A stretch of DNA of 32,000 nucleotides, taken from the NCBI GenBank assembly GCA_021498095.1, contig JAIZWK010000001.1, forward strand, positions 3,210,001 through 3,242,000, read 5' to 3'. Both the position numbers and the translations under genes were made by a program. Under the pieces are notes generated by a model. The model saw only the letters and a program-made list of their open reading frames with translations, searched no databases and was not told where the DNA came from. Shown here in pieces: positions 1 through 7,586 of this stretch. Origin of the DNA: Candidatus Harpocratesius repetitus (GTDB lineage: Archaea; Asgardarchaeota; Lokiarchaeia; Sigyniarchaeales; Promethearchaeaceae). The first letter of the stretch is position 1. Each line of letters opens with the position of its first letter.

Positions 1-264
1 AATGGTAAATCATTAGCAGAATATGCAAGACAAACCTTACTCACGGATATTCGATCAAAGCGGTGTGATTTGGCATTTAAATTGGTTGAAGAAGGTAAAT
101 GTGGGATGAAACGAGCATGGAAAATTTCAGGACTTTCTTTTCGTGAATTTTTGATAGAGTGGAATAATCGTAAAGCTTCTGAAAAAATTAGCGATAATTT
201 ACAAGAAGAACATTGGAACATTGTTCAAAACTTAGATATAAATAAATACTTGCGAACCAAGTGA
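1..264 (+). CDS. UPF0175-family putative antitoxin, 5'-truncated by the window edge
   Basis: Frame 1 is open from base 1 (NGKSLAEYARQTLLTDIRSKRCDLAFKL...), so the track start at 70 is internal. The pattern KRAWKISGLSFREFL resembles UPF0175. Its stop overlaps the start of a PIN gene (GTGA). Confidence 0.6.
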   Translation, partial: NGKSLAEYARQTLLTDIRSKRCDLAFKLVEEGKCGMKRAWKISGLSFREFLIEWNNRKASEKISDNLQEEHWNIVQNLDINKYLRTK

Positions 265-764
265 AACCGATGCAAATCACTTTTGATACTTGCTTTCTTT
301 TACGAATTCAAGAAATTGATCAAATTTTGAACTTAAAATTGAAAGAATTATTCGCAGATTTCATTTGGGTTTATTCTGATGAATTATTATTAGAATACAA
401 AAGACAACAGATTGAAAAATTTCTACCTAAAGATGCAATCTATATTCCACTAACTAAGAAAGAATGGAACTATTATCAAAGTAAATACCCACTTGAATCT
501 TTTGATTTAGCAGACCAAGAAATCGTAATTCTCGGATTGCGGGATGGAATAACCACAGTAACTGGGGATCGTGATCTATTTCATTTAATTCATGCTCTAA
601 AATTACCTGTTATTCAAATATGGGCATTTCTCTTAAAATTAGTTGATAATAAAATGTTATCAAAGAATAATATGGCAAAAATCATTAATTATTGGGTAAA
701 AAGCCACCAATATTCTAAAGGTACGATCAAATTGATGAAAAACATACTTCAAAAAATTTCATAA
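261..764 (+). CDS. PIN-domain ribonuclease, DUF3368/VapC-like toxin
   Basis: N-terminal beta strand plus acidic motif (ITFDTCFL), DLADQEIVILG and VTGDRDL PIN motifs; coupled to the upstream UPF0175-like gene. Alternative ATG at 270. Confidence 0.75.
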   Translation: MKPMQITFDTCFLLRIQEIDQILNLKLKELFADFIWVYSDELLLEYKRQQIEKFLPKDAIYIPLTKKEWNYYQSKYPLESFDLADQEIVILGLRDGITTVTGDRDLFHLIHALKLPVIQIWAFLLKLVDNKMLSKNNMAKIINYWVKSHQYSKGTIKLMKNILQKIS

Positions 765-882
765 AGGAAATTTTCTTCTTGAGTGAGCTAAACGATGTAA
801 AAAAACGATTTAAGTTCAAATCTTGGATACGAGAACCAACCTCTGAAATATTTCTATTGCAAAATTTATTTAATTGCTTACT

Positions 883-931
883 GATTTTTTCTTTGGATTT
901 CAAAGTAAAATCAATATTTAAATATATAAAT
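883..931 (+). promoter_or_regulatory. Inverted repeat (883-912) upstream of an archaeal TATA box (918-931) for the wHTH-antitoxin-MazF operon
   Basis: GATTTTTTCTTTG-gattt-CAAAGTAAAATC, followed by TTTAAATATATAAA about 20-30 nt before the ATG at 949. Confidence 0.4.
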
Positions 932-948
932 ATAGATTAAAATATAAT

Positions 949-1284
949 ATGGAAAAGAAATTGAAATCTTTGATAGATTCATATTATTCTATAAATCCAA
1001 AAATTGTTACTCCTATTCGCCTTTTAATTCTAAATTTACTTAAATTTCATAAGGATGGGTTACAATTTAGAGAATTTAAAGAGGCGATCCAAATATCTGA
1101 TGGAAATCTTTATTCAAATCTTGAAATATTGAAGGGTTTATCACTAATTAATTCTGAAAAGGTAGATATTGATAATAAATCAATTGAAATATATTCATTG
1201 ACTTCAGAAGGTCTTATTGAATTAAAAAAAACCAATGAATGGTTAAATAACTTACAAGATTTTGGTGATCAAATTGAAAGCTGA
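949..1284 (+). CDS. Winged-helix (ArsR/HTH_34-like) transcriptional regulator
   Basis: PIRLLILNLL...LQFREFKEAIQISDGNLYSNLEIL...YSLTSEG is a typical archaeal wHTH pattern. Confidence 0.85.
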   Translation: MEKKLKSLIDSYYSINPKIVTPIRLLILNLLKFHKDGLQFREFKEAIQISDGNLYSNLEILKGLSLINSEKVDIDNKSIEIYSLTSEGLIELKKTNEWLNNLQDFGDQIES

Positions 1285-1828
1285 TTATATTAAAATTCTA
1301 AAAGCGATGAAACAATTAGAAATTCCGATAGAAAGACATGAATTAAGAAAAACAAATAGAATCTTTATCCAAAAATTCACATATATTTTAAAGAAACTTG
1401 GATTTGAGTTATCCAGTTATAATGATTACAATTTTTATTTAAATGGAGTATATAGCCCTCATTTAACTCAAGATTATTATCAAATTCCAATTACTTCAGT
1501 TAATGAATCATCAATTTATCTCAGTCAGAGAGAATTAGACATTATAGAAAAATATAGAAACAACATTTTGGAACATCCCTACTTTAAAACTCACAAAATA
1601 GAATTTCATGAAGCCTTAACCACAATTCAATATTTATATGAGAAATATCACGAGTTATCTGAAAAAGAACTATTAATTACTGCTAAAAATTTAAAGAATC
1701 ATTTATCACGGAAAATCTTAGTAATATCTTTGAATGTAATTAAGAAATTGAAATTTCAACAAGATATGGTCACTCCTGATCTGAAGGAAGAATTTGCCCT
1801 TTGGGATTCATTAAACGATGGTGATTGA
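1262..1828 (+). CDS. Panacea (SocA/DUF4065)/YwgA-like putative antitoxin
   Basis: RIFIQKFTYILKKLG...YNFYLNGVYSPHL resembles the LQKxxY...WxxGPYS signature. It overlaps the wHTH gene, and its stop (1826-1828) abuts the MazF ATG. Confidence 0.6.
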   Translation: MVIKLKADYIKILKAMKQLEIPIERHELRKTNRIFIQKFTYILKKLGFELSSYNDYNFYLNGVYSPHLTQDYYQIPITSVNESSIYLSQRELDIIEKYRNNILEHPYFKTHKIEFHEALTTIQYLYEKYHELSEKELLITAKNLKNHLSRKILVISLNVIKKLKFQQDMVTPDLKEEFALWDSLNDGD

Positions 1829-2179
1829 ATGGTAAATTTATTTAAAAAAGAGATATGGAAGATAAATCTTCAGATGGGTTCTCAATCTATAATTGGTCAT
1901 GAGCAAGGTGCTACAAGACCTTGTGTAATAATGAAAGTATTACCTGCAGTTCAATTAGCAACAGTAATTCCATTAACTCGTACTTTAAGTATATTAAGAT
2001 TTCCATATACCTTAGAAATTCAACCATCAACACAAAATGGATTGTCATCCACCAGTATTGCTATGATTTTTCAAATAAGAAGTGTAAATTTTCACCGTTT
2101 TCGTTCAAAGTATGGTATTCTTGAAAATGATGAATTTACGGATATTCAGAACTTAATTTCAGATTTCATTCTAAATTGA
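1829..2179 (+). CDS. mazF: MazF/PemK-family endoribonuclease toxin
   Basis: GHEQGATRPCVIM, VIPLT and QIRSV motifs; 116 aa. Confidence 0.9.
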   Translation: MVNLFKKEIWKINLQMGSQSIIGHEQGATRPCVIMKVLPAVQLATVIPLTRTLSILRFPYTLEIQPSTQNGLSSTSIAMIFQIRSVNFHRFRSKYGILENDEFTDIQNLISDFILN

Positions 2180-2248
2180 ATTTTTAGTTTTAGAATTTCC
2201 TCTTATATTTACAAATATTTTTAGGTGCATTAATAAATATATCACAAG

Positions 2249-3658
2249 ATGGAATCACCTAAAATAAAAGTAATCTTTCTAGGTAGACCCGGAGTTGGGA
2301 AAACTACATTACGTAAAATCTTCTTTGACCAGCAAAATCCACTTAAATTACTAAAGCAAACCTTTGAACCGACTCTTGGTGCAGAAACACAAGTGTATAA
2401 TTTTGGAATGGAAATTGCAGTTCATGATTTGGCTGGACAAGAATTAAAAAGATGGTTAACAACTGATGATTATATTTTAGAAGATGTTGATGTTGTCATT
2501 TTAGTGCTGGCTGCAACAGACGAATGGGAAGAAAATATGGAACTATTTAATAAGGTAAAAGAGATTCTTCAATTTAAACATATTTCAACCACGATTGTTG
2601 TCTTTTTCCATAAAATCGATCTTTTAACAGGCCACCAATTAACTGAACTTCAAAAAAATTTGGTTGAACTTCGCAAAACTGCTAAGTTTAATATAGATTT
2701 TTTTACCACAAGTATTCAGCAAAAATATATTTATGATACATTCTATGCTTTTATTCGAGCATTAAAAGCTTCTCTATATAAAATAAGGAATTTGGATTAT
2801 TACGACTTCTTCATAAAAGTTGAATTGATACGATATTTCATTACTCATGATCAAGCAGATTACAAAGAATTAGAGGAGCGACTGCGTATCAAACCGTTGG
2901 AAATCTTGGCTTTTATCAATATATTATATAAAGATGGTCTTTTAAAACAAAATCGAAAATTAAAGACAATAACTGTTACAGAAAAAGGATTGGAAATACT
3001 GGAACAAATTGATAAAGGATTTCTTCCAAATGTGAAAGAAGTTATATTAGCAGAAAGGAATTATATAAAAGGGGTAATATTAGCTGAAAAAAGTGGAATA
3101 CCTTTTTTTATATATGAATATGCTCCAGGGTATTTTAAATCTTTAATTACAGATGAACGAAGTGCATCTGAGCCTGGTATTATTTCTATGTTTTTTGCTC
3201 AAATTCTGCAATTTGGTCAAACTATGGATTACAAAGGATTAAACTCCTTTTATTTAAGTGGACATAATCTACGAATCGTTTCGCGATCCTATCGAAACTT
3301 AATGGGAATTTTCTTAATAGACAGAATTGAAATGGATCAAGGTATTTGGAAGTATTTTCATGATTTTATGCAGAATTTAAATAAAGTTTATGGAGAAAAA
3401 TTGCAAAAATTCATCGATCAACAACAATTAATTACAGATTCAGAACTTGAAAATCAATTAAAACAAGACATTCAATATTTAGATATGGTATTAAAATCCC
3501 ATCATCAAAATAAAACTCATTTTTCAAAGAAAAAATTACTCGAAATGTATATAAACTTAATGCAGGAAGAAAAAGATAGTGTAACATTATCAGAATTACA
3601 ATCTATTCTGTTCCAATATTTAATAATGGAAAGCCCAGAATCATTACGTGAAATTTGA
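2249..3658 (+). CDS. Rag/Gtr-like small GTPase fused to a winged helix and a roadblock/longin-like domain
   Basis: G1 GRPGVGKTT, G2 PTLG, G3 DLAGQ, G4 HKID, G5 TSI. Central wHTH-like segment ending TVTEKGLEIL. C-terminal IKGVILAEKSGIP alpha/beta domain. Confidence 0.8.
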   Translation: MESPKIKVIFLGRPGVGKTTLRKIFFDQQNPLKLLKQTFEPTLGAETQVYNFGMEIAVHDLAGQELKRWLTTDDYILEDVDVVILVLAATDEWEENMELFNKVKEILQFKHISTTIVVFFHKIDLLTGHQLTELQKNLVELRKTAKFNIDFFTTSIQQKYIYDTFYAFIRALKASLYKIRNLDYYDFFIKVELIRYFITHDQADYKELEERLRIKPLEILAFINILYKDGLLKQNRKLKTITVTEKGLEILEQIDKGFLPNVKEVILAERNYIKGVILAEKSGIPFFIYEYAPGYFKSLITDERSASEPGIISMFFAQILQFGQTMDYKGLNSFYLSGHNLRIVSRSYRNLMGIFLIDRIEMDQGIWKYFHDFMQNLNKVYGEKLQKFIDQQQLITDSELENQLKQDIQYLDMVLKSHHQNKTHFSKKKLLEMYINLMQEEKDSVTLSELQSILFQYLIMESPESLREI

Positions 3659-3677
3659 GCTTTTTTTATTTCAAAAA

Positions 3678-5942
3678 TTATATTTCATAGTTTTCATGCA
3701 AATACCCTTCTAAATGCTGAATTTTGTTTGTAATAATGTAGTATTCACGCAACAAATCTTGATACGACTTAACAAATTCTGGATTGCTGATTACACCACG
3801 ATCATATTGATATTCCAACTTTTGAAGAGTATTTTGAAAAGCATACTGATCACTTCGTAAACGTTCCAATTCTGCTCGAATATTCATTTCTTCAGATGAA
3901 AAAGGATCACTATTCATTGATTGATCAAAACTCTGGAACGAAGATGCTTGGAATCCAGATGTACCAAATGGAGCAGATGAATTTTTGCGAAAAGGTGAAT
4001 TTTGAGAAAATTGTGATCGTTGAGAAAATGGACCTGGTGAAGTAAATGGAGGACTTTTGAAATTACTCGAATTATCAGAATTATTCAAATTGCTATAATT
4101 GTTGGAATTCTTGGAATTGCTAAAATTGTTGAAATTGCTGAAATTGTTGAAATTGTTGAAATTGTGAGAATTCTTAGAATGATTGAAATTGCCGAAATTA
4201 GCGGATTTACTAAATTTACCAAATTTGTCTGAAGAACCAAAATATGTATTTCCATAATTATTAGCTCTTGGATCTGGTTGTGATTGACCTGCTCTAAATC
4301 CTTTTTGAGAGGAAGGATCAGAATAAAATGATGTGTTATTTTGATTAAATTGAGAATAGTTAGAGCCATTTGAATAATAATTGTTTCGCGATGAATAAGA
4401 GTTAGTTTGTCCAGAATATCCATTCTGCGAAAAAGTATTAGATGCTCTTCTTGGATTAGCTCTATTCTCGCGGTAGAAACCTCTTCTTGGTCCCCATTCT
4501 CTATTCATTTGAGATTGAGTAAAACCTGGATTGTGAAAATTACTGTTATTGTTGTTATTATTTTGAAATTTTGATGTATAAAGATTATAGAAGTTGTTAT
4601 TCCCATATTGATTATTGTAATGATTGGCGCGAAACATTGGAGAATTGAAGAAATCTGTGTTTGCTTGACTGTCATATCGAACTTGACCTCGATTTTGATA
4701 AATTCCATGATAACCCACTAAATTATAAATTGCATTTTCCAATTCTTCACTAAATAGTTTAGTTGTTAGTCGATATTTTATTAGTTGTTTAAAGTGAGTT
4801 TCATTAATTATGTTTTTTACTTCAAATTCTTGAGCGCGTTCAATCCAATCAACCATGATTTCCCTTTTATTTTTTGAAATAGAGAAATCATACATAGAAT
4901 TAAGGAATTGAAGAGAAACTTTCTTTTTCAACCTACCTTTTACTTCTGCAGCCTGTAAATCACCCAATTGGACAGAAAATAATAAAACTGTGCGTTTTTT
5001 GAAAACCCCTTGTTCGTGATAAAAATAGATCCGCTTGCTGGTTATCAAAATAGTACCATTTTTATTTGAATATCCTTGTTTGTCATCCACACCTGAAGAT
5101 AGTTTGCAGTTTAAGCCATAGACAATTTTTTCATCATTATCTAAATGCAGTTTGGGAAGAAATTTATTAAATAAGGACTGCATCCTTTCCATGAATCCAA
5201 TTTTGTCTTCTAAAGGTTCTAATCGAGTGAATAAGGGTTCAACTTCCGTTTTTGCCAATTTTTCAACTTTAAGGCGTTCTCTTTCAAAATGATTTAATAT
5301 TTCTGAAATATATGTAAGATTTGATGGATGGGTTATTTGAATCTCGTTAATATAATGAATATTCCGTTGAATTTCTTGAAAAAAACGGTTTGCTTGATCA
5401 TATACTCTATTTTTTCCATTATCAAATAGCTTAAATAACAGAAGAGAATCAGATTCCAAAGTAGGATAATGATAACATTGGGGATATTCTTGGCGAAGTT
5501 CAAAGATTTTATTCCGGAAAGTCTGAAGTTTATCTAAAATAGATTCAAATGGAGTTAAAAATTGGCGGGTATTATTTATTATCTGCTTATAGGTATCAGT
5601 AAGAGCTCTTTGCTTATCTACTATCCGAACAACTTGAGTACTTTCACAACTTGGACATGTAGGCAAAACTTTATTAGCCATTCTCACTTCATGCCCTCCA
5701 CAATCATCACAATAAGGACGATCGTATTTATCGAATGAAATATTTTTACTCCCACAGGATAAACAAATATACTGCTCTTCTGTCCGCAAATCAACACAAT
5801 CTTCACAAAAAACCTCATGACAGCTTTCGCAAATATATTGAAGATTAGGGTTTTCATTGCAAATTGGACATACTTCATTCGGATAAATGGGCATATGATT
5901 TGACAACCTATTCTCTAGCAGATCTATAATAAAAACACTCAT
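3678..5942 (-). CDS. Multidomain ESCRT-I-like protein: Zn fingers, coiled coil, PH/GRAM-like domain, Asn-rich low-complexity region, C-terminal Vps23/TSG101 steadiness box
   Basis: Six CxxC pairs at the N-terminus; GTILITSKRIYF PH/GRAM-like strand pattern; about 270 aa N/S/F/Q/G/Y-rich region; C-terminal AFQNTLQKLEYQYDRGVISNPEFVKSYQDLLREYY. Confidence 0.7.
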   Translation of the reverse strand: MSVFIIDLLENRLSNHMPIYPNEVCPICNENPNLQYICESCHEVFCEDCVDLRTEEQYICLSCGSKNISFDKYDRPYCDDCGGHEVRMANKVLPTCPSCESTQVVRIVDKQRALTDTYKQIINNTRQFLTPFESILDKLQTFRNKIFELRQEYPQCYHYPTLESDSLLLFKLFDNGKNRVYDQANRFFQEIQRNIHYINEIQITHPSNLTYISEILNHFERERLKVEKLAKTEVEPLFTRLEPLEDKIGFMERMQSLFNKFLPKLHLDNDEKIVYGLNCKLSSGVDDKQGYSNKNGTILITSKRIYFYHEQGVFKKRTVLLFSVQLGDLQAAEVKGRLKKKVSLQFLNSMYDFSISKNKREIMVDWIERAQEFEVKNIINETHFKQLIKYRLTTKLFSEELENAIYNLVGYHGIYQNRGQVRYDSQANTDFFNSPMFRANHYNNQYGNNNFYNLYTSKFQNNNNNNSNFHNPGFTQSQMNREWGPRRGFYRENRANPRRASNTFSQNGYSGQTNSYSSRNNYYSNGSNYSQFNQNNTSFYSDPSSQKGFRAGQSQPDPRANNYGNTYFGSSDKFGKFSKSANFGNFNHSKNSHNFNNFNNFSNFNNFSNSKNSNNYSNLNNSDNSSNFKSPPFTSPGPFSQRSQFSQNSPFRKNSSAPFGTSGFQASSFQSFDQSMNSDPFSSEEMNIRAELERLRSDQYAFQNTLQKLEYQYDRGVISNPEFVKSYQDLLREYYIITNKIQHLEGYLHENYEI
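4060..4203 (-). repeat. Degenerate 9-bp coding tandem repeat, 16 units
   Basis: Plus-strand units such as aaattgttg, aaattgctg and gaattcttg stay in phase and encode 16 x-N-(F/S/Y/L)-type tripeptides (ANF GNF NHS KNS HNF NNF NNF SNF ...). Confidence 0.9.
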
Positions 5943-6172
5943 GATGAATAAAAAGAGTGTTAATTATTGGGATAAGACGGTGATAATATCACATCAATGA
6001 TAATGCAAAAGATGATGAATAGCAATTAGAGAACGAAGTTAAATTCTTTAATTTCTGAAATTTATTTTGAATTCAGAAATAATATTCAAGATTTTTCGAT
6101 TGAACTATTAAAATTATTTACTATAATTAGCAAAAAAAGAAAATATTTGATTAATTTTGTTTTATCTTTATT

Positions 6173-6463
6173 TTATCGGATAATTTTCACAAAAGTTCCA
6201 AAAGCTTGCCCAGGTAGACCACCATTCTTAAAATGAGCGCATACTGCACCATTATTTCCATGAACTCGGGTAATTTTAGCGGTTTTAAGCTTTCCTGTTG
6301 GAGTCTCCCATGCAATGGTGTGTCCAAGTAAAATTCGAGCAGCTTCTTTTCGAGTTTCGATTCCAGGAAATTGTAAGACTGTAAAACGGGGATGTATAAT
6401 TTTTTTTGATTTCCGATAATTTACAATGAAACCTTTTTTTCCAATAACAATATCTTCAGACAT
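6173..6463 (-). CDS. rpl35ae: 50S ribosomal protein L35Ae
   Basis: IVNYRKSK...KITRVHGNNGAVCAHFKNGGLPGQAFG matches the eL33/L35Ae signature. Confidence 0.95.
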   Translation of the reverse strand: MSEDIVIGKKGFIVNYRKSKKIIHPRFTVLQFPGIETRKEAARILLGHTIAWETPTGKLKTAKITRVHGNNGAVCAHFKNGGLPGQAFGTFVKIIR

Positions 6464-6657
6464 ACATAAGACCTTTATTAATTGTTAGAATTAAGAAGAT
6501 CAAATCTCCATTTATATTAAATTTTGTGAATTGAGATATTTTTCAGCAATTTCAAAGATGAACCGAATAAAAATCTATTATGAGAGTCTAAATGTTAAAA
6601 AAAAATTAATAAAAAAGATTGTAGATCAAAAGAAAAGAATTTCTTTAATCGAAAATA

Positions 6658-7509
6658 CTAAGTATAAAGATCGCGTACAGGTGCGACCCGCTGGTGGTGG
6701 ACATCATCAGTTTTCTTTGCAATCTCCATTAAATTCTGTTTTATTTGATTTGCCTGCTCATAAAGTTGCTGTAAAGTCAATGGAATACTGTAGATTTCTG
6801 AAATCTTTTCTAATATAGCTGCGGCTCCCTCTGGATTTGGAAGTTGAGGATTTGCCGGTGTTAAAAAAACAGCTCCATTAAGTTGATTATTTAAACATTC
6901 ATTTAAAATGGCGGCTTCTGCACCCATTATTAAACCTCTTGGAGGGATTTTAATTCCGTGGTTAAGAATTTTTTTCATTATTTCTTTTTCTGCAGCGGCA
7001 TATACTTCAACAGGACCCGTTCGAATAATATTATTATCAGCCATTCCTTGAAGACAAATTACATCACGGATATCTTGAAGAAGTGCCCATTCCATGAGAG
7101 TGCGCGCCAAGTCTCGGTATGAACCTTGATTGAATGGAACTTCACAAATTGAAATCACAACATTATGCTCTTGACTCCAATAAAGTCTAAATGGATGCTT
7201 AAGAACACCCTCATAAAAAAGCGTAATTGGGGGTAAATCCTCACTGAGAATATAACCAATTTGAGTCATTTTTAATTGGTTTATCATTTCATTTGTTACA
7301 ATTGTGCCAATCATACCGACTCCTGTAAAACCAAGGATAAATAATGGAGGAGTATCAACTTTTTTTAGAAAATCGCAATATTCGCTGTATATTACTACAC
7401 GAGATGCTTTTCCTTCTAAATGATCGGCGCATCGAATATCTACTTCCTTTTCTTCCATTTTTTCATTTTTATTTTCATTTTCAATTTTATTTTCTGGTTG
7501 GTTTGACAT
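6658..7509 (-). CDS. PAC2-family proteasome assembly chaperone
   Basis: ILGFTGVGMIGTIVT, LPPITLFYEG...PFRLY and PNPEGAAAIL motifs of the PAC2 family. Confidence 0.85.
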   Translation of the reverse strand: MSNQPENKIENENKNEKMEEKEVDIRCADHLEGKASRVVIYSEYCDFLKKVDTPPLFILGFTGVGMIGTIVTNEMINQLKMTQIGYILSEDLPPITLFYEGVLKHPFRLYWSQEHNVVISICEVPFNQGSYRDLARTLMEWALLQDIRDVICLQGMADNNIIRTGPVEVYAAAEKEIMKKILNHGIKIPPRGLIMGAEAAILNECLNNQLNGAVFLTPANPQLPNPEGAAAILEKISEIYSIPLTLQQLYEQANQIKQNLMEIAKKTDDVHHQRVAPVRDLYT

Positions 7510-7586
7510 TTTTTCACCTATTAGGTATTAAAAAAATTGTGGCTAAAAAGTAACCGACCATAGTTATTACGCTTAAAAAAAAATAA

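Noticed and set aside
4060-4203. Possible CRISPR array
   Set aside because: The period is 9 bp with no unique spacers, and the repeat is coding.
4085-4423. 112-aa ORF with ISTISTIS repeats
   Set aside because: Alternate-frame shadow of the 9-bp repeat inside the 754-aa gene.
6051-6080. 9-bp inverted repeat ATTTCTGAA-N12-TTCAGAAAT between rpl35ae and the ESCRT-I-like gene
   Set aside because: Short and AT-rich; it cannot be distinguished from chance or an ordinary terminator.
6531-7553. Plus-strand ORFs 6531..6818 and 7344..7553
   Set aside because: Antisense to the PAC2 gene and AT-rich intergenic DNA.
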